Of a stretch of DNA of 64,000 nt, positions 46,881 through 55,789 are shown in pieces. The DNA lies in the NCBI GenBank assembly GCA_023487205.1, contig JAMDBT010000047.1, forward strand, positions 16,879-80,878. The letters run 5' to 3'. The stretch comes from Thermoplasmatota archaeon (lineage in GTDB: Archaea; Thermoplasmatota; Thermoplasmata; Thermoplasmatales; Thermoplasmataceae). Position numbers and translations under genes: made by a program. Every line of letters starts with the position of its first letter. Position 1 is the stretch's first letter. Below the pieces are notes generated by a model. It ran no database searches, was not told where the DNA came from, and saw nothing but the letters and a program-made list of their open reading frames with translations.

Positions 46881-47301
46881 GAAACAGCGCGGCGGCCATT
46901 ACGGCAGGGGAATGAAAGCTGGCAGGGGAAAGGGAAAGAGAGGAGGATCCGGAATGGCAGGGCTGGGCAAGCACCTGTGGATCTGGATGGTCAAGTATGA
47001 TCCACTGCATTACGGCGGCAAGGGATTTACCAGCCATCACTTTTCAAGGAAGTTGCCACCCATAACCTTGAGGGAGCTGGAGACTGCTCTTCCAATGCTG
47101 AAGGAAAACGGATTCGTAAGGGAGGAAGAAAACGCCCTTGAGATCGATCTTAAGACTGCCGGTTATGGAAAGCTACTTGGGTCCGGAATGTTCCCCTTGA
47201 AATCAAGAATTATCGTTCCAGAGGCTACGGAAAAGGCTATTAGTAAACTCTCAGTTCACGGTAGCACGGTAGAAGTGGATGAACACAGTACAGAGAAATA
47301 A
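46861..47301 (+). CDS. rpl15: 50S ribosomal protein L15 (uL15)
   Basis: ..RGGHYGRGMKAGRGKGKRGGSGMAG.. Confidence 0.92.
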   Translation: MVRNKTKKQRGGHYGRGMKAGRGKGKRGGSGMAGLGKHLWIWMVKYDPLHYGGKGFTSHHFSRKLPPITLRELETALPMLKENGFVREEENALEIDLKTAGYGKLLGSGMFPLKSRIIVPEATEKAISKLSVHGSTVEVDEHSTEK

Positions 47302-49051
47302 AGCAGCAGTACTGCCGATCGGCATTCTGTACGCCATAACGCTGGCAGCACTTTGGTACTTCGGCAAGTTTAACTACGTGCAGCTTGGGCTGTCGTTCGT
47401 GCTGCTGTTTCCGGTGTTCGGTGTTCTGTACCTTGTGGTCAGCTACATCGGCCCAAAACAGTCCAAGCTCTATGGCCTGGAGTACCTTACATCCAAGCTT
47501 CCTGCGGTGAAGAAGGCCAAGGGGCACGTTGAATTCAAGTACAAGTTGATGTGGACCGCGCTTGTCGTGATACTCTATTTCGTGCTGACCAACGTTTACG
47601 TTTACGGACTTAACAGGACACAAACGCTTGACGTGTTTCAATCTTTCAGGGCGATTTTTGCAGGAACGTCCGGATCCCTGATGGACCTGGGTATAGGGCC
47701 CATTGTGACTGCCAGCATTGTGATGCAGCTATTCTCCGGAGCCAAGATTTTTAACCTGGACCTTCAGAATTCAGAGGATAAGGCCGTGTATCAGGGGGTG
47801 CAGAAACTCCTCATAATCGTGATGATATTCGTAGAGGCCATACCCCAGGCATTTGGATATCTTGTCCCTGACGCTGCCCTTGTGTCTTCCTTGAATTCAA
47901 GCGTTCCAGGATACGGGGAATTTTTGGCACAAAGCATCATAATAGCACAACTGTTCTTCGGAACCTACTTAGTTTTCCTGTTCGATGAACTGGTTTCAAA
48001 GTATGGGATCGGGTCAGGGGTCTCCCTTTTCATTGCTGCGGGAGTTTCGCAGCAGTTGTTCACTGGAACATTCAACTGGGTACCGACGAGTTCTGCCGCG
48101 GCACTGAGCCTCAGCAACCTCCCCGCCGGGACCATACCCAAGATCCTTTACGTCGCCCAGAACGCCCCTGCGAGCTACCTGTACAGCACCGCCATGGAAT
48201 CGCTCCTTTTCTTCCCATCGAATCCTGTCATTGCGCTGATCGGGACTGTAATGATATTCTTCATTGTGGCATACTTCCAGAGCAGCAAGATAGAGCTTCC
48301 CATATCTCATGAAAGAGTCAGGGGAGCCAGGGGGAGATATCCGATCCAACTGCTATACGCTTCAAACATTCCGGTTATACTTGCCACCGCACTTCTTGCA
48401 AATATTGCCATGTGGTCGCTCCTATTCTGGAGCAGCCCGGTGTTAAGCCATGTTCCCCTGTTGGGGCATAATTACCTGCTGGGTTCTTATCCGTCTGCCG
48501 TGCAGGTGGCACAGTACCAAACTCAATACGGGATAAGCCAGAACACCCCTACTGCAGGTCTTGCCTACTACCTGAATGCCCCCAACGGGCTATCCAACTG
48601 GTTGTTCCCGATCTTAGCTCCAAGCGCCTTCAGCGTGACCCTTTTCGGTCACTCGGTGTGGCAGGCGATTGCCCACGTGATAGTTTACATGGCATTCATG
48701 CTCATATTCAGTGTAATCTTTGCAAAGTTCTGGATCGAGACCACTAATATGGGAGCAGCTTCAGTGGCAAAGCAGATTCAAAACAGTGGAATGCAGATAC
48801 CCGGTTTCCGTAGAGATCCGAAGATTATGGAAAGGGTGCTGAATAAATACATTCCGGCGGTTACGATTTTCAGCGGCGCGACGGTCGGCCTGCTTGCAGC
48901 GGGAGCGAACCTCATCGGCACTGTTGGCAACACCAGCGGAACAGGTCTACTGCTCGCGGTAGGTATAGTAATCCAGTTCTATGAGGCAATGGGCAGAGAA
49001 CAGTTGATGGAGATGCATCCTGTAATCCGGCAGTTCTTTGCGGGGGCGTGA
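47279..49051 (+). CDS. secY: preprotein translocase subunit SecY (unusually long at 590 aa)
   Basis: ..LPAVKKAKGHVEFKYKLMWTALVVILYFVL.. (canonical archaeal N-terminus, beginning near residue 65), ..GSLMDLGIGPIVTASIVMQL.. and ..RGRYPIQLLYASNIPVILA.. Confidence 0.9.
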   Translation: MNTVQRNKAAVLPIGILYAITLAALWYFGKFNYVQLGLSFVLLFPVFGVLYLVVSYIGPKQSKLYGLEYLTSKLPAVKKAKGHVEFKYKLMWTALVVILYFVLTNVYVYGLNRTQTLDVFQSFRAIFAGTSGSLMDLGIGPIVTASIVMQLFSGAKIFNLDLQNSEDKAVYQGVQKLLIIVMIFVEAIPQAFGYLVPDAALVSSLNSSVPGYGEFLAQSIIIAQLFFGTYLVFLFDELVSKYGIGSGVSLFIAAGVSQQLFTGTFNWVPTSSAAALSLSNLPAGTIPKILYVAQNAPASYLYSTAMESLLFFPSNPVIALIGTVMIFFIVAYFQSSKIELPISHERVRGARGRYPIQLLYASNIPVILATALLANIAMWSLLFWSSPVLSHVPLLGHNYLLGSYPSAVQVAQYQTQYGISQNTPTAGLAYYLNAPNGLSNWLFPILAPSAFSVTLFGHSVWQAIAHVIVYMAFMLIFSVIFAKFWIETTNMGAASVAKQIQNSGMQIPGFRRDPKIMERVLNKYIPAVTIFSGATVGLLAAGANLIGTVGNTSGTGLLLAVGIVIQFYEAMGREQLMEMHPVIRQFFAGA

Positions 49052-49606
49052 ATGAGGGCCGTAATGGCTGGCGTAGCCGGCGTCGGCAAATCTACGGTCC
49101 TTGGAATAGTTTCAAAGAAGATCCAGTACGATGTGGTTAATTACGGTACCCTGATGTTCGAGATGGCGAAAGAATTGAATCTTGTTGCAGACAGGGACCA
49201 GATAAGGAAGCTGAGTGTGGACACCCAGATAAACCTGCAGAAGAAGGCTTCCAGCATAATTGGGAAGATGGACAATGTCATAATAGACACTCACATGGCC
49301 ATACGATCACCTAAAGGATACCTTCCGGGATTGCCCGAATGGGTGGTCAGGGAACTGAAGGTATCGTCATATTTTCTCATAGAGTCGGACCCTGCGCTGA
49401 TCAAGGAACGGCGATCCAGGGATGATAACCGCAAGAGGGACAGCGACACAGTGGAGGAAATTGCGGAACATCAGATGGTCAACAGGTATTTTGCAGTCGC
49501 TTATTCCGTATTTACGGGAGCAACCATAAGGTTCGTGGACAACCCGGAGGGAAAACCTGAAAATCCTTCAGACATTATCGTACAGAGCCTGGTGCAACAT
49601 GACTGA
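49052..49606 (+). CDS. adkA: adenylate kinase, archaeal type
   Basis: P-loop GVAGVGKST. 184 aa. Canonical position after secY. Confidence 0.88.
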   Translation: MRAVMAGVAGVGKSTVLGIVSKKIQYDVVNYGTLMFEMAKELNLVADRDQIRKLSVDTQINLQKKASSIIGKMDNVIIDTHMAIRSPKGYLPGLPEWVVRELKVSSYFLIESDPALIKERRSRDDNRKRDSDTVEEIAEHQMVNRYFAVAYSVFTGATIRFVDNPEGKPENPSDIIVQSLVQHD

Positions 49607-50285
49607 AGCGAAAAATCGACCCCCGCCAATCACTCCAGAGCAGAGAAAGGCTATGAGTTTCCAGATGACCTACCTCATGGTAATGATCCTTATGCTGGTC
49701 ATCATTTCAGACGCTGGATTGAGGCTTGCCATTGGTCAGACAGTGAATAGTGTCTTTTTCCCTCTCATTGGATTTGGGGGAAATTACCCGCTCATTAGCA
49801 TAGTGGCAAGCGGAGTAATAATCGGGTTGATCACGTCGATACCCAGATACTTCTTCACAGACTGGATAAAGATGGGAAAAATACAGAACAAGATGAAGGC
49901 ATACAGCCAGGCGGTCCGCGAAGCATACAGGAGCAACAACAGGGACAAGATCACGAAACTCAACAAGTTAAGGACGCAGATGATGTCCGAGAATCAGCAG
50001 GCTACCATGAACACGATGAAGCCACTGATGGTACTCACCATCTTCACTCTTCTCATTTACATATGGCTATTCTATGCGGTTGCCACGCTTCCTTACAGGC
50101 TGATCTCGGTGCCATGGGCAAACAATGTCGGCATTGCCACAAATACAACCTCAATGTTTCAGCCCTGGATACTTATGTACATGTTCACCAGCATAACTGT
50201 GGGTTACTTCACGACCATGGTGATAAAGTATTTCGACTTCACATACAAGCTCAGGAAGGAAGAGGAATCCGTCCAGGTCTTTTGA
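49599..50285 (+). CDS. DUF106 / EMC3-TMCO1-like membrane protein (archaeal Oxa1/YidC-like)
   Basis: 228 aa with 3 TM segments and a central basic coiled-coil region (..KMGKIQNKMKAYSQAVREAYRSNNRDKITKLNKLRTQMM..). Conserved position between adk and cmk. Confidence 0.75.
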   Translation: MTEAKNRPPPITPEQRKAMSFQMTYLMVMILMLVIISDAGLRLAIGQTVNSVFFPLIGFGGNYPLISIVASGVIIGLITSIPRYFFTDWIKMGKIQNKMKAYSQAVREAYRSNNRDKITKLNKLRTQMMSENQQATMNTMKPLMVLTIFTLLIYIWLFYAVATLPYRLISVPWANNVGIATNTTSMFQPWILMYMFTSITVGYFTTMVIKYFDFTYKLRKEEESVQVF

Positions 50286-50818
50286 TGCGGATAACGATAA
50301 GCGGGCCGATTGGCAGCGGCAAGAGCACGGTCGGAAAGTTGGTCGCTGAGAAGCTCAAGTTCACTTTTTTCTCCGGGGGTGAGATATTCAGGATGTCTGC
50401 AAGGAAAGCCGGCCTTTCTCTGGAGGAATTTGGCAGGCGCGCCGAGACTGACCCCAGTATAGACAGGGAACAGGACAGGATTCAGGTCGAAATCATCAGT
50501 CAGCATTCGGATATAGTGTTTGAGTCCAGATTGGCCGGATGGCTTGCGTCAGAAAATAAGATAGATGCAGTCAAGATATATCTGGACGCTTCTCTTGAGG
50601 AGAGGGTGCGTCGGGTATCATCCAGAGAAGGCGGCAAATACGAGGGAGAAGCCGGGGCAATTAACAGAAGGGAGGAATCAGAACTGAAGAGATACAATTC
50701 CTATTATGGGGTCAACTTCAAGGAATGGGGCGGATACGACCTGAAAATTGACACCACCGAAATGAGCCCGGTAGAGGCTTCGAACAGGATAGTATCATTC
50801 GCACAACGAGGAAGATGA
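50285..50818 (+). CDS. cmk: cytidylate kinase, archaeal type
   Basis: MRITISGPIGSGKSTVGKLVAEKL.. Start taken at ATG 50285, overlapping the preceding stop. The track ORF starts upstream at 50063. Confidence 0.88.
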   Translation: MRITISGPIGSGKSTVGKLVAEKLKFTFFSGGEIFRMSARKAGLSLEEFGRRAETDPSIDREQDRIQVEIISQHSDIVFESRLAGWLASENKIDAVKIYLDASLEERVRRVSSREGGKYEGEAGAINRREESELKRYNSYYGVNFKEWGGYDLKIDTTEMSPVEASNRIVSFAQRGR

Positions 50819-50822
50819 GAAC

Positions 50823-51884
50823 TTGGACGGATTCATTGTAATAGATAAGCCGAAGGGGCCAACGAGCCACCAGATCGATTTCTGGCTCAGGGAGATTGTC
50901 TCGGAGAAGAAGGTCGGGCATATTGGGACGCTGGATCCAGGGGCTTCGGGTGTCCTTGTAATGGCACTCGGGGCCGCGGTGAAACTAATAGACATCGCGC
51001 ACGAGTTCCCTAAGGAGTACATTGCGGTGATGAAGCTGCACGGTGACTTTGACGTTGAAAAGCTTTCCCAGACGATACACGATTTCACATCCGAGATATG
51101 GCAGATACCACCCATGCGGTCAGCAGTGGCAAGGAACCTGAGAAAGAGGAAAATCCACGAAATGGAAATAATGGAAATATCCGAAAGGGACGTCCTCCTG
51201 AGAATTAAATGCGAGTCTGGAACCTATATCAGGACACTTTGCACCGACATCGGTTACATGGTCTGCTTTGGAGGACAGATGGCAGAGTTGAGGAGAACCC
51301 TCACAGGACCGTTTACTGAATCCAATGCATGTACCCTCCAGGACGTATCAGACGCTTTCAAGCTGCGCAAAGAGGGAAATGAGGAACTTTGGTCCAGGGT
51401 CTTCCTGCCGATGGATTTCCTGTTCCGCGACACTCCGAAAATAGTTGTCAAGAACTCAGCAATCGACAACCTGTCACACGGGTCTGATCTTTTTCCGGGA
51501 GGAATAAAGGCCTTCATAGGAAATCCGCGGCGGAACGAAAGGGTTGTCTTGATTTCGGACTCAAACAAGCTAATAGCCACCGGAACAATGCTGGTCTCAT
51601 ACGACGAGATAGCAGACGTGAAGGTTGTTGATGTCGACAGGGTTCTGGTAGAACCCACGGGGAGGAGAAATGATGAGCACAAGCCTGAAGTGGTGGGGGA
51701 TAGAAAAGGACGGGAGAAAAGAGTACTTTCCACAGGTAAGGGAAAGGTTCAGGGAAATTTTCGATCAAATAAGGTCGGGCAACATCCCGGAAACAGTTTC
51801 CACAAGGGCAGAGGAAATACCAGACCTCAGAGACCTCCTAATAGAGTACGGCGAATACAGGGCAAGAAAGGAATTCACACCTGA
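50823..51884 (+). CDS. cbf5: tRNA/rRNA pseudouridine synthase Cbf5 (TruB family plus PUA domain); the 3' end is questionable
   Basis: ..VIDKPKGPTSHQ.. and ..VGHIGTLDPGASGVLVMALG.. (catalytic Asp). The PUA domain ends near ..VVDVDRVLVEP. The last ~70 aa are a low-complexity basic tail that overlaps the next gene. TTG start. Confidence 0.8.
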   Translation: MDGFIVIDKPKGPTSHQIDFWLREIVSEKKVGHIGTLDPGASGVLVMALGAAVKLIDIAHEFPKEYIAVMKLHGDFDVEKLSQTIHDFTSEIWQIPPMRSAVARNLRKRKIHEMEIMEISERDVLLRIKCESGTYIRTLCTDIGYMVCFGGQMAELRRTLTGPFTESNACTLQDVSDAFKLRKEGNEELWSRVFLPMDFLFRDTPKIVVKNSAIDNLSHGSDLFPGGIKAFIGNPRRNERVVLISDSNKLIATGTMLVSYDEIADVKVVDVDRVLVEPTGRRNDEHKPEVVGDRKGREKRVLSTGKGKVQGNFRSNKVGQHPGNSFHKGRGNTRPQRPPNRVRRIQGKKGIHT

Positions 51885-52494
51885 CCAGGAAGCCCTCAAG
51901 GTATTCGCTTTTCGTCAGGATCTGGACAGGATCATCAATCTGTATGTTGAACAGGTCTCCGGAATGGTTCTTCCTCTTGGGTTGAAGTATGGCGGGGACC
52001 CATGCCAGTTCCTCAGGGAAATGGCACAGTTTTTGTCATCCGAGAAACTCAATGAAGCAATTAGGGAGGCAGGAGATGCCGGAAAAAGGTTATGTGATCT
52101 CCGGTCTTCCCTTGATTCCCATATTGCTGAATCAAGCCCTGGACTGTTCCCAAACCTCTACGGGCTCCTCGGACCGCTGTCAGTAGAGTTGCTGTACCAC
52201 GCTGGCGGGCTTGGGAGGATGGCCTTGATGCCTGCAGGTACGATACAGACGCTGGGTGCCCAAAGGGCTCTGTTCAGGCATACCAGTACAGGAGGAAAGC
52301 CCCCAAAACATGGGGTTCTCTTCAAGTTTCCAGGCCTTTCTTCGCTTCCTGTTAAGAAGCGGGGAAAGATCGCAAGAATCATTGCCAACAAGGCTGCCAT
52401 TGCGGCACGTGCCGATTACCTGGGTACACGAATCGACGTGAATGCAATGGTCGAAAAAATAAGGGGCGAAGTCGCCCGCGCAAAGGTTCAATAA
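51670..52494 (+). CDS. Nop5/Nop56/58-family protein (Nop domain; short form, 274 aa)
   Basis: ..ELLYHAGGLGRMALMPAGTIQTLGAQRALFRHTSTGGKPPKHGVLFKFP.. and ..RGKIARIIANKAAIAARADY.. Confidence 0.85.
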   Translation: MMSTSLKWWGIEKDGRKEYFPQVRERFREIFDQIRSGNIPETVSTRAEEIPDLRDLLIEYGEYRARKEFTPDQEALKVFAFRQDLDRIINLYVEQVSGMVLPLGLKYGGDPCQFLREMAQFLSSEKLNEAIREAGDAGKRLCDLRSSLDSHIAESSPGLFPNLYGLLGPLSVELLYHAGGLGRMALMPAGTIQTLGAQRALFRHTSTGGKPPKHGVLFKFPGLSSLPVKKRGKIARIIANKAAIAARADYLGTRIDVNAMVEKIRGEVARAKVQ

Positions 52495-53978
52495 TTTTCA
52501 AGTTCCGACTGGAGCGCGTACTTTTCTCCGGTTATGCTTATGGGATAGGAACCAGTCAGGCAGCCCACGCACAGGCTATCCGAGGGCTTGCCTAAGCTGC
52601 TTGTCAGGGAATCTATGGTCAAATATGAAAGCGAATCAGCGCCAATCTCTTCTCTGATCTTCTCAACGGTCTTGTTAGATGCCAGAAACTGGTCCTTTGT
52701 CTTCATGTCCACGCCGAAGTAGCACGGCGAGATAATCGGCGGGCATCCTATGCGAACGTGAACCTCCGTTGCACCCTGGTTCCTCAAGAGGGTGATAATG
52801 TGTCTGATGGTGTTCCCGCGGACTATGCTGTCATCGACCAGTACGACCCTTTGTCCGGAGATTACTGATCTTACGGAATTAAGTTTGAGTTTTATTGCGC
52901 GGCTCCTCGCTTTCTGAGAGGGCATTATGAACGTGCGATCTGAATACCTGTTCTTGATGAGCCCTTCGTTGTACGGGATGTTAGATTCCATCGAGTAGCC
53001 AAGGGCCTGAGTTCTCCCGGAGTCAGGCACGGCAATTACCACATCCGCGGGAACGGGATCCTGCCTGGCAAGCATTTTGCCGATGTTAAGCCTGCTCTGG
53101 AACACTTCTGTTCCATCTATGATGCTATCAGGCCTTGCAAAATATACCCATTCAAACATACAGTGGGCGGTTGCCTTGGCAGGCACCGAAAAGAGTGTTT
53201 CGATCCCATCCGGCGTTATCTCAACCACCTCACCAGGCTTGACGTCCCTAATGAATTCGCCTTCCAGGACGTCAAATACGCAACTCTCGGACGCGACTAT
53301 GAAATGATCTCCGGCTCTGCCAACGGACAATGGCCTTATGCCATAAGGATCGCGCATAGCGAGGAGTCTGTCGTTCATCATTATGCTGCAAGAATATGCT
53401 CCCTGAAGTTTGCTCATGGCAATCCTCAGACCGTTCACGATTCCGTTGTCGCCAATGTCCTTCGCAATTTCCATGAGAAGGACTTCGGAGTCAGAGGTCG
53501 TCATGAAGGCAGTGCCCTTCTTCTTCAATTCATCCTTTAACTTGGCAGCGTTAGTTATTTCGCCATTGTGAGACAGTGCAATGTATCCAATTGCGCTCGA
53601 AATGACGAACGGGCCGGAATTCTCAATCGTCTTTGACCCTTCTGTGGAGTATCTTGTATGGGCTATTCCCACATTGCCGGATAACTGTGTCTGCAGGTGC
53701 TGATCCCGTTCAGAGAAAACCTCAGATACGAGACCCATACCCTTCTTGAGTTGAACGACTTCACCGTCAAAAGTAGCAATTCCCGCACTTTCCTGGCCTC
53801 TATGCTGCAGGGACTTGAGAGAAATGAGGAGGTTCTGATATGCGGACGTACGACCAATTGTGCCTACCACGGCACAGTGATCATTTGGCTTTTGCCCAGC
53901 TATATTCTCTTGTTCTTGCGGCGGGGAAACCACAGTGAGAGCACCTCTTCTGTCTAACATGGTAAGAGTGTTGGCCAC
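52488..53978 (-). CDS. purF: amidophosphoribosyltransferase
   Basis: Ntn Cys in ..DHCAVVG.., ..LQHRGQESAGIA.., PRPP loop ..VVLVDDSIVRGNT.., and a C-terminal Cys cluster. Confidence 0.93.
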   Translation of the reverse strand: MANTLTMLDRRGALTVVSPPQEQENIAGQKPNDHCAVVGTIGRTSAYQNLLISLKSLQHRGQESAGIATFDGEVVQLKKGMGLVSEVFSERDQHLQTQLSGNVGIAHTRYSTEGSKTIENSGPFVISSAIGYIALSHNGEITNAAKLKDELKKKGTAFMTTSDSEVLLMEIAKDIGDNGIVNGLRIAMSKLQGAYSCSIMMNDRLLAMRDPYGIRPLSVGRAGDHFIVASESCVFDVLEGEFIRDVKPGEVVEITPDGIETLFSVPAKATAHCMFEWVYFARPDSIIDGTEVFQSRLNIGKMLARQDPVPADVVIAVPDSGRTQALGYSMESNIPYNEGLIKNRYSDRTFIMPSQKARSRAIKLKLNSVRSVISGQRVVLVDDSIVRGNTIRHIITLLRNQGATEVHVRIGCPPIISPCYFGVDMKTKDQFLASNKTVEKIREEIGADSLSYLTIDSLTSSLGKPSDSLCVGCLTGSYPISITGEKYALQSELENY

Positions 53979-54041
53979 ATCTTCTGCACGTTACATGGAC
54001 CTTCTTGTTGTTCATCTTGCCCATTACGGCAGTTCCGTTAC

Positions 54042-54296
54042 TCATTCTCCACCCCCAATGGATGGAGCCACAAAAATTACGTTATCTCCGCGTACTAGCA
54101 GCCTCTGAAAAACTCCGCTATTCTTCTCGTTGATTGTTTCACCAGCGTTCCTGATTACCAGGTTCATGTAAACATCGTATCCCTCAAGTACGCCGGAATA
54201 AAGTCTGTTTCCCCTGACTTCCACCATAATGTTGCTGTCGATGGACCGTCTCAACAGTTCGAGAGGCTTAATCGGTGCAGTGACAGTTTTGGGCAT
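54042..54296 (-). CDS. Sm-like archaeal protein (LSm/SmAP)
   Basis: Sm1/Sm2 pattern ..IMVEVRGNRLYSGVLEGYDVYMNLVIRNA.. and ..LLVRGDNVIFV.. Confidence 0.88.
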   Translation of the reverse strand: MPKTVTAPIKPLELLRRSIDSNIMVEVRGNRLYSGVLEGYDVYMNLVIRNAGETINEKNSGVFQRLLVRGDNVIFVAPSIGGGE

Positions 54297-54323
54297 TATC
54301 GATTCGTCACGCGATTGGACGAC

Positions 54324-54333
54324 TATATATAAC
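54324..54333 (-). promoter_or_regulatory. putative TATA box of the Sm-like gene
   Basis: The minus strand reads TTATATATAG 28-37 nt upstream of the ATG at 54296. Confidence 0.35.
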
Positions 54334-54458
54334 CTTATTCTGGAGCCTAAACTGGGGTCAGGGCAGGCTCCCAGACAATTACGATCAAAGGGCTTGTCGG
54401 CGCCGAAGCACCCCCAATTAAGGCAATCAATATCTGCAGGCGCTTAATCCCATACTGA

Positions 54459-55082
54459 ATGCCAGCTGTCAGCGTCCACGAGAAGAAGAAACCGAAATGG
54501 AAAATAAGGTTAATTTCAGTGATAAGGTATAACACGTTCAAGTTTGGTATATTTGCTGTGGTACTTGGACTGATTCTCCTGATGCTGTCCCCCGTAAGTG
54601 GGCAGTATGTGAACGAACCATTAAGTTACCAACAAAATGCGCAGTTTCCGGGCCATCCCGCTCCAGTGTTCTCCTTTATTGGGCTGGACAATTTGCCTAC
54701 AAACATTTCTTTCGTTATGCCGTCATGGGCGGAGATAAATTACACCCTTTACTGGATTTCGTATACTGGAACCATAAATAACCGTATTTCAGTATATCAC
54801 TTGATATCCGACGGGACGGCCACCAATGGAACCATAATTACTTGTAGAGGTGCGGAGTCTCCTTATGAATTTCAGATCAATATGACCAGTCCTACCGACA
54901 GAAGCTTTACAGCAAACATCAATGCCGTTACCAATTCTCTTGTGCCTGTTCAATTCAATGTGTACTTGATGTATCCAGGTTACGCGATATTAGGATCCGG
55001 TGGCGCTTCCCTCGTTGCCTTTATTACGCTAGCCAGCAGAGACCTTGCGGCCGGTGCATTTGGAAAAAGGGACAAAAGCTAA
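54459..55082 (+). CDS. hypothetical membrane-anchored/secreted protein
   Basis: 207 aa with an N-terminal TM segment (FGIFAVVLGLILLMLSP) and a C-terminal TM segment. No family recognised. Confidence 0.55.
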   Translation: MPAVSVHEKKKPKWKIRLISVIRYNTFKFGIFAVVLGLILLMLSPVSGQYVNEPLSYQQNAQFPGHPAPVFSFIGLDNLPTNISFVMPSWAEINYTLYWISYTGTINNRISVYHLISDGTATNGTIITCRGAESPYEFQINMTSPTDRSFTANINAVTNSLVPVQFNVYLMYPGYAILGSGGASLVAFITLASRDLAAGAFGKRDKS

Positions 55083-55302
55083 TCGTCCAATTCTATCCAA
55101 GCAAGCCGCTTCCCCGATTATTAGTCGCGATCAGGGATATCTACCCGCGAATCCACAAACCATTTCCCCTGCGGTAATGTGCATTGCTGCTAATTCATTG
55201 CGTAACGTTTTCGCGGAAATCAAATGCTGAATTAAGGCGTTTGATTACCGATGTTACACACCAACGACTCAGAGGGCTCAATCGTGCTTCTTCAAAGATA
55301 GT

Positions 55303-55310
55303 ATATTTAG
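55303..55310 (+). promoter_or_regulatory. putative TATA box of the aIF5A gene
   Basis: TATATTTA lies ~30 nt upstream of the ATG at 55338. Confidence 0.35.
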
Positions 55311-55337
55311 GAAGCAGATTATGCACTTTAGATTCCC

Positions 55338-55727
55338 ATGAGCTGGCAAGAAGCAGAAGTTAGAGAACTCAAGGTGGGGCGATACATGATGGTCGAGGAT
55401 TCTCCTTCCAAGATTATGGAGATTACTACTTCCAAGCCCGGAAAGCACGGCGAGGCCAAGAGCAGAATAGTTGCCATTGGAATTTTCGATAACCAGAAGA
55501 GAAGCGTGGTCTTCCCGGTGAAACATAAAGTTAAAGTCCCGGTCATAGAGAAGAAGAATGCTCAGGTCCTTTCTGTCAGCAATAAGGAGGCTCAGTTGAT
55601 GGATTCGGAAACTTTTGAGACTTTTGTGATACCGCTGAATGAAGAAGAAATGGGGAAAGTAAAGGCCGGTGCGGAGGTGTCCTACTGGGAAGCAATGGGA
55701 ATGCGGAAGATAATGTTCCAGAACTGA
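55338..55727 (+). CDS. eif5a: translation initiation factor 5A (aIF5A)
   Basis: ..[21 protein letters not shown].. (hypusine-site motif), 129 aa. Confidence 0.92.
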   Translation: MSWQEAEVRELKVGRYMMVEDSPSKIMEITTSKPGKHGEAKSRIVAIGIFDNQKRSVVFPVKHKVKVPVIEKKNAQVLSVSNKEAQLMDSETFETFVIPLNEEEMGKVKAGAEVSYWEAMGMRKIMFQN

Positions 55728-55789
55728 GCCATCTTCTTGGGAAACATCGTCTCCCTGACGCGCTCAGTTCATTTGCGGAATCAAAATAC

